Assembly (NCBI GenBank): GCA_031409335.1
Contig: JANNWY010000057.1
Coordinates: 1-64,000, forward strand
Source: Chthoniobacteraceae bacterium
GTDB lineage: Bacteria > Verrucomicrobiota > Verrucomicrobiia > Chthoniobacterales > Chthoniobacteraceae
DNA: 64,000 nt
Direction: 5' to 3'
Under the pieces are notes generated by a model, which ran no database searches, was not told the origin of the DNA, and saw only the letters and a list, made by a program, of their open reading frames with translations. Made by a program: the position numbers and the translations under genes. This document shows, piece after piece, positions 28,577-41,262 of the stretch; position 1 is the stretch's first letter; the number at the start of each line of letters is the position of its first letter.

Positions 28577-29347
28577 TCACTTCGCGTAGTGGCGGACGTA
28601 GTCCACGACCATTCGCGTCTTGCTCGTCTCGCGCGCGCCGTAGCCAGCTTTGGGGATATTCATGGACCATGCGGCGGATTCCGCCTCCGAGCTGAGGATG
28701 ACAAACTGCGGGCGCTGGGAGATCGGCTCGGTCACTGTCCACGTCAGCTTTCCATCCACATAGAAGCGATACTCTTTATCCGTCCACTCGCAGGCGTAGA
28801 TGTGGAAGCCATTGCCAAGGTCTAGGTTGGGTGTGGCTTTTCCACTCCCTTTATGTTTCGGTCCATAGCCATTCCAATGCAGCGTGTGGTTCACCGTCAT
28901 CGCGATTCCCTTCCCCTCGTGGTCGTGCGAGCGGTGTTCTACGAAGTCGATTTCCATCCCGGCTTTTGCGGGGTCGTCGATGGGATTTCCAATGGTGGGA
29001 GTCTGCGACCAAAACGCGCTCCACATACCCGGCGAGTCATCGAAATCAATACGCGCCTCCCAGTATCCATAGGCGCTTTCATAGAGCCCCTTGGTGCTGA
29101 CCATTCCGGTGAAGTGCTTTCCCTCCTCGGTGTAAGTCGTGATGGTGAGCTTGCCGTTGGCGATGGTCACCGCCTCGGGGACATTGGTCGCATCGCGGCG
29201 TTTTCCAGGGAGCCAGTGCATCCATTTGGTGGCGTCGAGTTGAGCGCCGTCAAATTCATCGGACCACACGAGTTTGTAGCCTGCCGGAGGTTCGGCATGG
29301 CAGTTGACTACGAGGAGCCCAAGCAGTGTGAAGATGATGTTGCGCAT
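28577..29347 (-). CDS. Glycoside hydrolase family 16
   Basis: Signal peptide; LVWSDEFDG, YGYWEAR, WSAFW, catalytic EIDFVE, FHIYACEW, VDYVRHY. Confidence 0.93.
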   Translation of the reverse strand: MRNIIFTLLGLLVVNCHAEPPAGYKLVWSDEFDGAQLDATKWMHWLPGKRRDATNVPEAVTIANGKLTITTYTEEGKHFTGMVSTKGLYESAYGYWEARIDFDDSPGMWSAFWSQTPTIGNPIDDPAKAGMEIDFVEHRSHDHEGKGIAMTVNHTLHWNGYGPKHKGSGKATPNLDLGNGFHIYACEWTDKEYRFYVDGKLTWTVTEPISQRPQFVILSSEAESAAWSMNIPKAGYGARETSKTRMVVDYVRHYAK

Positions 29348-29480
29348 ACCGCTGCCTAGCGAGTCGCGACTATCGGCGTCAAGAAACGCAGCGCGACCAA
29401 CATCTGCGCAGATGGGTATTGTGTGAAAGTGCGCCATTGATGGACCACCCAATCTACCCCCATTTCTCAAAGGCTCACAA

Positions 29481-30488
29481 ATGAAGAACCAACTCAAACA
29501 CACCGCCCACTTGGGCCGATGGACAACTTTTTGCGCCCTCGCGGCGATGAGCCGGCCGTTCGGTTTCCTCCGCGAGCCGCTGAATGTGGTGCATGTGTTC
29601 ATGGAAACGGTCGTCATCGGACCGAAGGGCCATGTGCCTGCCGACGACATCCACACCGACCCGACGCTCACGCTCTTCAAAATGTTCGGCAGCAAACCCG
29701 GCACCGTTTTCGCCGACGGCAGTGCGAAGAACATCGCCTACAAAATGCCCGACGGACCGCCCGGCGACTACGGCGAGTTCCGTGATGCGAACATCATGCT
29801 GCTGCATACGAAGTCGAAGTATCGCCCGTTCACCATCGGCCTGCCGTATGGCGTGCAGGCGCAGCCTTACGGGTGGGAAAATATCAAAACCTATCCGTGG
29901 ACGACATGGACGGGCTACAACGAACCGAGCATCGGCTATGTGTCTGCCATCGGGCACCTCATCAACTACTGGCATTTCCGCCGCACCGACAAAGCGGTGG
30001 AACAGGTCTATCTCCACGGCATGACCGGCAGCGACAAGCCGCAGAGCGAAATCCTGAAACTCGCATGGTCATGGATTTCACCGCCGGAACTGCAAATGCC
30101 CGACGCGAAAAAGTCGCCCAACGAAAGCGCCGGGAAATACAACGTGTTCACCTACGACCAGACGCAGAAAGCCTACATCGTCCCGCGCACGCGCACCGGC
30201 CCCGAGCGCATCCACTTCGCGCTCGATGCCATCTACGACGATGGGTATCTCAAAGGCACCATGTGGCTCGTGAACCCGGCCATTGTGGTGAAGAATTGGA
30301 ATGAACCAACAACCAGCTTTGCGCTCGAACTGGACGGCAAAGCGCTTGCGATCGGCACGGATTACCGATTTGGCTTTGAGCCGACGACGACCGGCAAAGA
30401 CCTAGTGATCTGGCTATACAAGACGATTGATTTAAACGTGCTCGACGAGCATCGCATCGAGATTGCCAGTATGCCAAACAAGCCATGA
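29481..30488 (+). CDS. Hypothetical protein, probably the 5'-truncated C-terminal part of a larger carbohydrate-related protein
   Basis: Coding-like from ~29590 to the stop; the first ~35 codons look non-homologous and there is no signal peptide. Confidence 0.5.
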   Translation: MKNQLKHTAHLGRWTTFCALAAMSRPFGFLREPLNVVHVFMETVVIGPKGHVPADDIHTDPTLTLFKMFGSKPGTVFADGSAKNIAYKMPDGPPGDYGEFRDANIMLLHTKSKYRPFTIGLPYGVQAQPYGWENIKTYPWTTWTGYNEPSIGYVSAIGHLINYWHFRRTDKAVEQVYLHGMTGSDKPQSEILKLAWSWISPPELQMPDAKKSPNESAGKYNVFTYDQTQKAYIVPRTRTGPERIHFALDAIYDDGYLKGTMWLVNPAIVVKNWNEPTTSFALELDGKALAIGTDYRFGFEPTTTGKDLVIWLYKTIDLNVLDEHRIEIASMPNKP

Positions 30489-32563
30489 AATTCTTCTTGA
30501 TCCTACCCCGATGCTATTGCGTGATGCTGGCGCTGGCCTTGTGCGCAGGGGCGCGGGCGGCGGAGGTGGTGCGCACGGCGGCGGCGCTGCGGGGGATGTC
30601 CCCGGCGGAGGCGAAGATGGCGCTGCCGGTGGAGATGGAGGTAGTCGTGACGTTTGTGGACCGGTCTCGGGGGATGCTTTTTGTACATGATGGGACGGAT
30701 GGGTTCTACGTGCGGGCTCCTGATTTGGTGGGGCAGTCCGCATGGCTGGCAGCGGGACGAAAACTACGCCTGCTCGGGGTGACGCATGAGGGCGAGTTCT
30801 TGCCGGTGGTGAAGGCGACGGAATTCATCGACCTCGGCGCGGGCGTGATGCCTCGGGCACCTTTGCAGAATCCGCTGGAGGCGATGTTGGCGCCAACGAT
30901 GGATTCGCAGTGGGTGGAGGTGGAGGGCGTAGTGAAGCGGGTGGCGGAGGAGAACGAAGGAGTGACGCTGAGCCTGCAATCTGGCGAGTTGCGGCTGCCG
31001 TTGGAGCTGCCACGAAGTACGAATTTTGAGTCGCTGGGGAAGCTGCCGCTGCATCTGCTGGAGCGCCGGGTGCGGCTAAGGGCGGTGGCCGCGACGCAGT
31101 TCAATGAACAGCGGCAGATGAGCGGGCGGCTGCTCTATCTGCCTGGCTTTGAGTTTCTCACGCTACTGGATATAGAACGAGCCACTGCGACGGTGCCGCT
31201 GCGGCGGGTAGATGAGTTGCTGCTTTCCAACTCACCACTGAATGAACGGGTGCGCGTGCGAGGCGTGGTGACACACGCGGTGCCGGAGCAGATGCTATTT
31301 CTTCGTGGGGAAGGAGGCAGCATGAGAATCGACTCAGCGCTGACGCCTGACTTTAAGCCTGGCACGATGATTGAGGCGGAGGGCTGTGTGACCTTTTTTC
31401 CGTTTCGCCCAGGACTGAATGCGGAGACTCTAACTGAGCTGAATCGCACTGAAGCACCGGAGCCGCTGCCACTGGACTATGGGGCAGATCGCCGGAGTGG
31501 GGAGCAGTTCGAGTTAGTGACACTAGACACGACCTATTTGGACATGATGCAAACTTCCATTGGCGCACGGCTGCTTTGCCGTTCGGAGGGTGTGATCTTT
31601 GAGGCCAAGCTACCGCCCCACTTGCACGATGAGTTCAAGCTGGAGCCCGGAATGCGCCTGCGGCTACGCGGCATCTGTGAGCTGGAGATAGACAATCCTT
31701 TCGGCATCGCCCGCTTTACGAAAGTCTTCTCGATAGCACTCCGCTCTGCGCAGGATTTGGTCGTCTTGCAAACTCCGCCGTATTGGAACAGCCAGCGGCT
31801 GCTGGGGCTGCTCTCAGTCACAGGTGGCGCGGGGCTGCTCATCGCCGGATGGGCGTGGCTGCTGCGGCGGAAGGTGGCGCAGCAGTCCGCTCTCATCGAG
31901 CGACAGACGACCGCGCGTGCCACGCTCGAAGAACGCCAGCGCATCGCACGCGAACTGCATGACACGTTGGAGCAGGAGCTAAGTGGTGTGGCGATCTTGC
32001 TGGATACGTCCTCGCAGCAGTTTGAAACTGGTGACGGTGAAGCCCAGCGCTCGCTAGGTCTCGCTCGGCAGCTTTTGCGTCACAGCCGAGAGGAATCCCG
32101 CACCACGATCCGCGATCTGCGCAGTGTGGCGATCGAGCAAATGGGGCTGGTCGGCGCGATGGAGGCGATGCTGCGCCCGCTGGCGGAGAGCGCGGGCATG
32201 GTGTTTGATTTCGCGACGAGCGGTGTGGTGATGCCGTTGCCAGGCACGGTGGAAGCAGCCTTTTTGCGTATCGCGCATGAGGCAGTGGCCAACGCGACGA
32301 AGCACTCGCGCGGCTACCGCGTGAAGGTGCGAATGGCGTATGGATCGGATGCGGTGAAGCTGGAAGTCGGTGATGATGGCGCCGGATTTTCACCGGAGAC
32401 TGCGGCGAACGACTCTAGCGGTCACTTCGGACTTACTGGCATGAGGGAGCGTGCAGTGCGCCTCGGCGCTGTTTTGCGGGTGGATGGTCAGAGTGGTGCT
32501 GGAACGCGAGTTTCTCTCATTTGGAAGCTTTCCCGACTGGAGAAGCCGGAAGGGCGCACTTAG
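30485..32563 (+). CDS. Sensor histidine kinase (HisKA_3/NarX-type) with large periplasmic domain
   Basis: EERQRIARELHDTLEQ, EAVANATKHS, DDGAGF, HFGLTGMRER; one TM segment before the kinase domain. Confidence 0.93.
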   Translation: MKFFLILPRCYCVMLALALCAGARAAEVVRTAAALRGMSPAEAKMALPVEMEVVVTFVDRSRGMLFVHDGTDGFYVRAPDLVGQSAWLAAGRKLRLLGVTHEGEFLPVVKATEFIDLGAGVMPRAPLQNPLEAMLAPTMDSQWVEVEGVVKRVAEENEGVTLSLQSGELRLPLELPRSTNFESLGKLPLHLLERRVRLRAVAATQFNEQRQMSGRLLYLPGFEFLTLLDIERATATVPLRRVDELLLSNSPLNERVRVRGVVTHAVPEQMLFLRGEGGSMRIDSALTPDFKPGTMIEAEGCVTFFPFRPGLNAETLTELNRTEAPEPLPLDYGADRRSGEQFELVTLDTTYLDMMQTSIGARLLCRSEGVIFEAKLPPHLHDEFKLEPGMRLRLRGICELEIDNPFGIARFTKVFSIALRSAQDLVVLQTPPYWNSQRLLGLLSVTGGAGLLIAGWAWLLRRKVAQQSALIERQTTARATLEERQRIARELHDTLEQELSGVAILLDTSSQQFETGDGEAQRSLGLARQLLRHSREESRTTIRDLRSVAIEQMGLVGAMEAMLRPLAESAGMVFDFATSGVVMPLPGTVEAAFLRIAHEAVANATKHSRGYRVKVRMAYGSDAVKLEVGDDGAGFSPETAANDSSGHFGLTGMRERAVRLGAVLRVDGQSGAGTRVSLIWKLSRLEKPEGRT

Positions 32564-32581
32564 TCTTCACCTTCACCTGAT

Positions 32582-33199
32582 ATGCCCACACGCGTTCTCA
32601 TCATCGACGATCACTTTGCCCAGCGCCTTGGCCTGACGGTGGCGATCAACAATGAAAGGGATCTCAAGGTCGTGGGTCAGGGCGGCAGTGTGGCGGAGGC
32701 CGTGGCGCTTTATCGGGAGCTGAAGCCCGACGTGACACTAATGGACTTTACCCTGCCCGATGGCACTGGCGTAGAGGCTGTGCAGCGTATCCGCGCGGTG
32801 GATGAAGATGCCCGAGTCGTCATGCTGACGGTGCTGGATGGTGAGGAGGATGTCTTCCGCGCCAGCGAGGCCGGCGCGAGCGGCTACCTGACGAAAGCGG
32901 ACGATTCCAAGACGCTCACCCAGGCGATTCGAGCCGTGGCTGCGGGCGGCACCTTTTTCCCGGAGGCGGCGCGTGCCAAAGTGGAGGCGCGGCTAAAGCG
33001 CGATCCGCTCACGCCGCGCGAACTGGAAATTCTCCACCTGATCGTGGAGGGATTGATCAACAAGGAGATTGGCGGACGTCTCGGCATCACCGAGGGCACG
33101 GTGAAGCTCCATGTGGCGAAAGTGCTGGCAAAGGTGGGTGCCCAGGACCGCACGCGAGCTGCCATCCTGGCGGTGGAGCGGGGAATCGTGAGGCTGTAG
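32582..33199 (+). CDS. NarL/LuxR family response regulator
   Basis: VLIIDDH, PDVTLMD, GYLTK, LTPRELEIL...NKEIG...TVKLHV. Confidence 0.95.
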   Translation: MPTRVLIIDDHFAQRLGLTVAINNERDLKVVGQGGSVAEAVALYRELKPDVTLMDFTLPDGTGVEAVQRIRAVDEDARVVMLTVLDGEEDVFRASEAGASGYLTKADDSKTLTQAIRAVAAGGTFFPEAARAKVEARLKRDPLTPRELEILHLIVEGLINKEIGGRLGITEGTVKLHVAKVLAKVGAQDRTRAAILAVERGIVRL

Positions 33200-33247
33200 C
33201 GCAGTCTGTTCCCACAGGCGCGTAGAGCAGGTGCCAAAGCCGCGGGT

Positions 33248-33265
33248 ATATGCCCAAGGGCATAT
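33248..33265. promoter_or_regulatory. Perfect 8-2-8 palindrome, candidate operator of the adjacent response regulator
   Basis: ATATGCCC-AA-GGGCATAT, 76 nt upstream of ATG 33342. Confidence 0.6.
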
Positions 33266-33341
33266 TGTAAGTCCACCCCGAATCGTGGATCGTAAAGTAT
33301 AGACTCAGGAACTTTATCCCACCCGCTACAACGCATAAATC

Positions 33342-36296
33342 ATGAAACAGATCATCCGCATCACCCTCTCCATCATCGCTCTCGCGACCCAAGCGATTGG
33401 CGCTGGCTTTCAACTGGAGATGAACGTGCTTTCCGGAGATTTCGACGCGGAAATCGCCCCGGCTGATCCTGACTCTGTGCGCTCCGACAACGGGAAGGTC
33501 GCCTACATCAAGAACGACACGTGGGTGGCTTACCACAACTTCGATTTTGGCCAAGGCGCCACCTACTTCTGGATCGAGGGAGCGTCGGGAGGCGCGGGTG
33601 GGACGATCGAGGTGCGCACCGGGGCGGTGAACGGTCCCCTGATCGGAAGCGTGAATATCCCCGCCACCGGAGGATGGACGGCTTTCCGGCAGTTCGGGAG
33701 CGCGGTGTCGCCGTCCGTCACCGGGGTGCATGATGTCTATTTCAAATTCGTCGGAGGCGGCGGATACCTTTTCGACACCCGGAGCTTTTCGTTTCAACGC
33801 ATCTCTCCGGGGCTGAAACAGGCAGGCAGCTCGTTCGCCGCGACGAATTTCGATTCGGAATCAGCCCCCGGAGCCGCTCCGGTCGTCGTCAATGGCGGGG
33901 TGGTCGAGTCGATTTCAGGGGGTTCCTGGGTGGCTTACAACGGTTTTGATTTTGGAAAAGACGCCAATTTCTTCGCGATCGAAGGGGCATCACCGGGGAA
34001 AGGCGGCACGGTCGAACTGAGGCTCAATTCCGCGCAAGGCCAGGTGGTTGGAACCGTCGATATCCATCACACGGGAGGCTGGGGACACTACCGGCCCTTT
34101 ACCGGCGTTCTCTCCACCTCCGTGAGTGGCGTGCATGTTCTCTACCTGCGATTTGTCGATTCCAGAGGATCGGGCGGCTACCTCTTCAATGTGAGAAACT
34201 TTGTCCTGACTCGTGAGGCACCAGCCGTGGCCGTGCCTTACGCCGCCGATGACGACCGCGACGGCGTCCCGAAAATGCTGGAGTATGCCTTCGGTATGCA
34301 TCCGAAATCACGGGACGCGGCTCCGCTGAGAGTGGTTGCCCCGAATCCCGGCGGCGGGAGCGGGCCTTACGATCTCGAGGTGAGGCTTCGGGCGGACGCT
34401 TCACTGGTTGCCAAGGTCCTGGTGTCTGAAAACCTGACCTCATGGGAGGAGGTCTCGCTAACGTTTCAGAATGGAACTTGGCAGACTAACAATCCGAACA
34501 TCACCGTCAGCGAAGTCATTCCACAGGACGACGACTTGTATGTGATCCGCCTCAATGACAGTCGCACCCACACGAAACTCTTCGCCCGCATGTCCGTCGC
34601 CGTGGTCGAAGGTGATCTGAATGTCTATCCTCCGGTTCCCGGACTCGCTCCCTCACCCTACTACACCTTCTCAGTGCAGAAAGTGAGCGGTCTCAACGCC
34701 GCAAGTAAACAGAATGCGACTAACTGGCTGCCGCCCTTCGCCTGGTTCACGCGTTGCGTCGATTACCCAGCCGCAATAGGTAAAACTGCCTACTACGCGG
34801 ACTTCATCGGCGGCTGGTCGCATACCTACTGCAACTTTGAACTGGATAAGCACACGCCCATCGTGGTGAAGATCACCCGTTTGAATAAGCCGGGCGCACC
34901 TTCGGGCCCCATCACCTCAGCGACAGCCCGCCCCGCCCACAGGGTGGATGCGTGTGAAGTCATCAATGGCGAGGTTTACGTAACCATGAGTCAGCCGGCG
35001 CTGATCGCCGTGGATATCGACGGCCAAATGGATTCGCGGGATACCCCGCGGGCCACTCCCACCGGCTTTGGCACCAGCGCGTTTCCCCATCGGAATGAAA
35101 TGAATGGCGCTCATGGAGTCACGATCTTCGCCAATCCAGTCATCGAGAACAAACCGCAGCTCGGTGGCCCCGGTGTATTTGCCGTGGAGCCCGGCACCCT
35201 GCCTCCGACGAGCGGACAGTGGACGACACTCTATTTCAAACCCGGAATCCACAAACTGTCCGTGGACGCAAACGGCAATGAACGCGAGTGGGTCATTACC
35301 GATCCACTTTTTCTAACCAACAACCGGAACTACTACATCCCGGGAGATGCGATCGTTTACAGAAATCTCGGCGACTATAACGACGACCTGCCGAGCGAGA
35401 ACATCCGCGTCTTCGGACACGGAACGATCAGCGGCACGAAGATCCCGCACTACCAGGATTTCTTCGGCGGTGCGCTTGCTGAAGATCAACATAAGAAGCT
35501 CCGCATGCTTCAACTCACGCGGGCGCGGAATTGCAGCTACGAGGGAATCACCATCGCCGATCCTGCCGAGCACGGCGTCTATATCGAGGGCCGGGATGAA
35601 CATCACGATCCCAACTACATCCAGTGGGTGAAAAACATCAGTTGGCGGGTGAACAACGATGGCGGCGGAGTGACGGGCCATGGCTACCTCGAAGACTGTT
35701 TCTTCCGCCATCAAGACGACGCCCTCTACGTCCGGGGAACCGCGATCCGCCGCACGGTCTTCTGGTCGGACGTCAACGGCACCCCTTTGCGCTGCAGTTT
35801 CCTGAACGGTGACCGCGGGCTGAATTATCCACCCACGCTGCCACAGGACCTCGTCGTCGAGGAGTGCGACATCATCTATGTGCGAGGAGTCTTTGCCGGC
35901 AGTGATGCGACGGCTAACGGCATCATCGGCACGCCCAGCGCCTACGGCAACCAGGGAGCCTACGCGGATGGAACCCTGAGCACCGGGCAGCACGTCATCT
36001 TCCGCAATATCCGGGTGTCCGATCCCAGGCCGGCTCGGTATCTGTTGGGTTTTCATTCGACGGCGGACCAACCCCCTCGAGAGGAAGTTTGGGCGGGGAT
36101 CCGTTTCGAGAACATCGACTACCAACATGCGCACACCTGGGGTTGGAAAAACCGTCTGATCGGGACCAGCGCAGGGCCGATCCAATTTTTCACTTTTGAC
36201 AATGTATACATCAATGGGGCTCGTGTTGACGCGGCTTACCTGAGCGACCCGACCAAGTTCGAATCTAATTTTGTCTCGGATTCGATCTTCAAGTGA
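33342..36296 (+). CDS. Secreted carbohydrate-active protein: 2x CBM6 plus beta-helix (GH28/GH49-like) domain
   Basis: Two CBM6-like units (WVAY..FDFG, GGTIEVR, TGGW, GVHDVYFKF); TLYFKPGIH, YYIPGDAIV, GHGTISG, HQDDALY. Confidence 0.8.
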   Translation: MKQIIRITLSIIALATQAIGAGFQLEMNVLSGDFDAEIAPADPDSVRSDNGKVAYIKNDTWVAYHNFDFGQGATYFWIEGASGGAGGTIEVRTGAVNGPLIGSVNIPATGGWTAFRQFGSAVSPSVTGVHDVYFKFVGGGGYLFDTRSFSFQRISPGLKQAGSSFAATNFDSESAPGAAPVVVNGGVVESISGGSWVAYNGFDFGKDANFFAIEGASPGKGGTVELRLNSAQGQVVGTVDIHHTGGWGHYRPFTGVLSTSVSGVHVLYLRFVDSRGSGGYLFNVRNFVLTREAPAVAVPYAADDDRDGVPKMLEYAFGMHPKSRDAAPLRVVAPNPGGGSGPYDLEVRLRADASLVAKVLVSENLTSWEEVSLTFQNGTWQTNNPNITVSEVIPQDDDLYVIRLNDSRTHTKLFARMSVAVVEGDLNVYPPVPGLAPSPYYTFSVQKVSGLNAASKQNATNWLPPFAWFTRCVDYPAAIGKTAYYADFIGGWSHTYCNFELDKHTPIVVKITRLNKPGAPSGPITSATARPAHRVDACEVINGEVYVTMSQPALIAVDIDGQMDSRDTPRATPTGFGTSAFPHRNEMNGAHGVTIFANPVIENKPQLGGPGVFAVEPGTLPPTSGQWTTLYFKPGIHKLSVDANGNEREWVITDPLFLTNNRNYYIPGDAIVYRNLGDYNDDLPSENIRVFGHGTISGTKIPHYQDFFGGALAEDQHKKLRMLQLTRARNCSYEGITIADPAEHGVYIEGRDEHHDPNYIQWVKNISWRVNNDGGGVTGHGYLEDCFFRHQDDALYVRGTAIRRTVFWSDVNGTPLRCSFLNGDRGLNYPPTLPQDLVVEECDIIYVRGVFAGSDATANGIIGTPSAYGNQGAYADGTLSTGQHVIFRNIRVSDPRPARYLLGFHSTADQPPREEVWAGIRFENIDYQHAHTWGWKNRLIGTSAGPIQFFTFDNVYINGARVDAAYLSDPTKFESNFVSDSIFK

Positions 36297-36558
36297 TGGG
36301 TCGTTCAAAGCCGCAGGTTACGACTCGGCTTGCCGGTTCCCGCATGGCTGTGGCCGATGGCATCGGTTCGGAATATCGCTGTCACTGGTGCCCTCGCGCA
36401 TTCGAAAAATGAACCACAGGCCTAAACCTAAAAGCGGCGATGGTGATTGCCGCGGAGGACACTGAGGACGCGGGTGCGTTCCGTGTCGCCGGATGTCCGC
36501 GAGTTTCTCGTGTGCTCTCGATCGGGTGCAGGTCGCAGGTTTTCCGCGGCACACTACC

Positions 36559-37266
36559 TCAGCAGCGCGTGCCCTTGCGCTTCGGCGCGATGCTCGCGCT
36601 GCGGCGGGATTTGATGATGTACGGCTCGGCATCCGGCACCTGGCAGGCGGTGTCGCCCATGTCCACCGCGACCTTGCCCATCTTCCGCGCGGCAGCGATG
36701 GCTTTGTCCGCAAGCGGCGCAACATATGTGCCGCACGCGATGAGGTAGCTGTTCATCGTGTAGCGGACGCGATTGGGGGCTGTCGCGATGGTCTTTGCGA
36801 CGCGATCGAGCAGTGCGCCCAACTCGCGCATCGGCAGCGCCTCATCCGGCGCGGTCGCGACGATGGCGGCGAGCGTTGCCCAGCCTGCCACCGCCGTGTG
36901 CTCGCGCGGGGAAGCGATCCACTTCATCGCAATCTCCACCGCCAGCGGATGCTCGGCGGCAACCCACGGGACGGTGCAGCCCGCGATCATGTGCCAGGTC
37001 GCACCAGCGACCCATTGGTCGAGTTGTTTGCGCGTCATTTTCGCGCCGTCGGCGATGAGGCCGGCGAGATACATGGCGTCGGAATTGTTCGTCGCGTACA
37101 GCTCCAGCGCGAGATCCTGGCGACCCTTGAGCTTTTTTTGCAGCGGCTTCAGATCGCCGATACGCACACCGAACAGTGGCTCCGACGCGCCATGGCGCAG
37201 ATAGGTTTTTTTGGTTGAAGGGGTCGCCTTGGCGGCGAGTTCAGCCATCACCTCGTCGAGCGTCAT
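36559..37266 (-). CDS. DNA alkylation repair protein (AlkD-like HEAT repeat)
   Basis: RHGASEPLFGVRIGDLK, DAMYLAGLIAD, NRVRYTMN, VDMGDTAC. Confidence 0.85.
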   Translation of the reverse strand: MTLDEVMAELAAKATPSTKKTYLRHGASEPLFGVRIGDLKPLQKKLKGRQDLALELYATNNSDAMYLAGLIADGAKMTRKQLDQWVAGATWHMIAGCTVPWVAAEHPLAVEIAMKWIASPREHTAVAGWATLAAIVATAPDEALPMRELGALLDRVAKTIATAPNRVRYTMNSYLIACGTYVAPLADKAIAAARKMGKVAVDMGDTACQVPDAEPYIIKSRRSASIAPKRKGTRC

Positions 37267-38579
37267 TGCGGTGGTGCGGGCGCGGCTTGCTGTGCCTTCC
37301 GCTTTCTCGCGGCACCCTTGCCCGCGGGGGCGTCCGGGTCAGTCTTTCCACTGGCGGGATTGAGTTCCGCAAGGATTGCCCCCAGTCGCTGGCGCGCGGC
37401 TTTGCTGGCATCCGTGTCCGCATCGGCGGCGACGGGTTTTTCCACAAACGGCGCGGCGCTCACGTCGAACAACTCGGCCTTCTCATTCATCTTGAAACCC
37501 GGTTCGCGCACGAACCACTTCGCATTGAGCTGCACGTAAGCCCACTCGCGCGGCGTGCCTTTTTCTCCGCGCAATTGCGGCGCGAAACTCCGCCCGTCGA
37601 ACTTCATTCCGTCGGGCAGTTTCACACCCGCCAGCTCAGCAAATGTCGCGTGCGGATCGGCAAAGCTGATCATGTCCTTCGACACCTTCCCGGCCGGCGT
37701 CACGCCCGGCCAGCTCGCGATGAAGGGCACGCGAGAACCGCCTTCCAGCAGGCTGCCTTTTTTCCCGTTCGGCATGCGTCCGCCGATCGTGCTCGGGTGC
37801 GTCAGCGCGGTGCCGTTATCACCGGAGAAAATGACCAGCGTCTTCTCGCGCAGGCCGAGCTTTTCCAGCTCCGCGATTACCGCACCGACCTGCTTGTCCA
37901 TGTAGCGGATGTTGTCCTCGTAGAGATTCGGCTGCCCGTCCTTCGCCGTGTCGGGTGTGCGCTGGATCGGGCCATGCACATGATGCATCGAGTAGTAGAA
38001 AAAGAATGGCTTGTCCTTGTTGCGCCGCAGGAAATCCACGGTGAACTCGTGGACGACATCGCCCGCGTACGTCCCGTCCGGCACCGTCACTTGCTCGCCG
38101 TTTTTCTGATGCTTCGTCTGCCAGAACCAGCCGCTCGCGGTCGGATCGGTGATGTATTCATCAAAGCCCCACTCGCGCGGCGTCTCGCCGACCTGCCGCC
38201 ATTTCCCCGCCATGCCCGTCGCATAGCCTGCCTGCTTCAGCAGCGTCGCGACCGGTTTTTCGTCGACCGACTTGGCACCCGGCGCACCCTCGCGCCACGA
38301 TTGATTCCCAAGGCCGCCCGTGCGGAAAGCGTAGCGCCCCGTCATCAGCAAACAGCGCGAAGGCCCGCACACCGGCGCGGCATAACACGTCTCGAAACGC
38401 GTGCCCGACGCCGCGAGTTTGTCGAGGTTCGGCGTCTTGTGTTTGTCCGACCCATAGCAGCCCAGATTGTCGATCCCCAGATCGTCCGCGAGGATGAAGA
38501 TGATGTTCGGCTTTTCAGCGGCGAGAGAATTGCCGCAAAGCAATGTGAGGAAGGCCGCGAGGGTGAGGAGGAGTTTCAT
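37263..38579 (-). CDS. Sulfatase (S1 family)
   Basis: PNIIFILADDLG, CGPSR, FSGDNG, EGGSRVPFI. Confidence 0.93.
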   Translation of the reverse strand: MKLLLTLAAFLTLLCGNSLAAEKPNIIFILADDLGIDNLGCYGSDKHKTPNLDKLAASGTRFETCYAAPVCGPSRCLLMTGRYAFRTGGLGNQSWREGAPGAKSVDEKPVATLLKQAGYATGMAGKWRQVGETPREWGFDEYITDPTASGWFWQTKHQKNGEQVTVPDGTYAGDVVHEFTVDFLRRNKDKPFFFYYSMHHVHGPIQRTPDTAKDGQPNLYEDNIRYMDKQVGAVIAELEKLGLREKTLVIFSGDNGTALTHPSTIGGRMPNGKKGSLLEGGSRVPFIASWPGVTPAGKVSKDMISFADPHATFAELAGVKLPDGMKFDGRSFAPQLRGEKGTPREWAYVQLNAKWFVREPGFKMNEKAELFDVSAAPFVEKPVAADADTDASKAARQRLGAILAELNPASGKTDPDAPAGKGAARKRKAQQAAPAPPQ

Positions 38580-38745
38580 GGTGGGTGGTGATGATTGTTT
38601 CCGGTCTCAAGCGCAACCGCGTGGCGGATCCGCTTTCAGCCCGGCAAGCACACCGCGTGTGCTCGCAAAGGAACAGCACGAATGACCGGAATTGGGACTC
38701 GGGTCAGCGTGCTTTTTTGCAAGGTCGATGACCGGCTTCGCCGCC

Positions 38746-41258
<2,513 letters not shown>

Positions 41259-41262
<4 letters not shown>

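Noticed and set aside
36297..36558. Small ORFs or ncRNA between the CBM6 gene and the alkylation repair gene
   Set aside because: No recognisable motif, convincing start context or stable structure.
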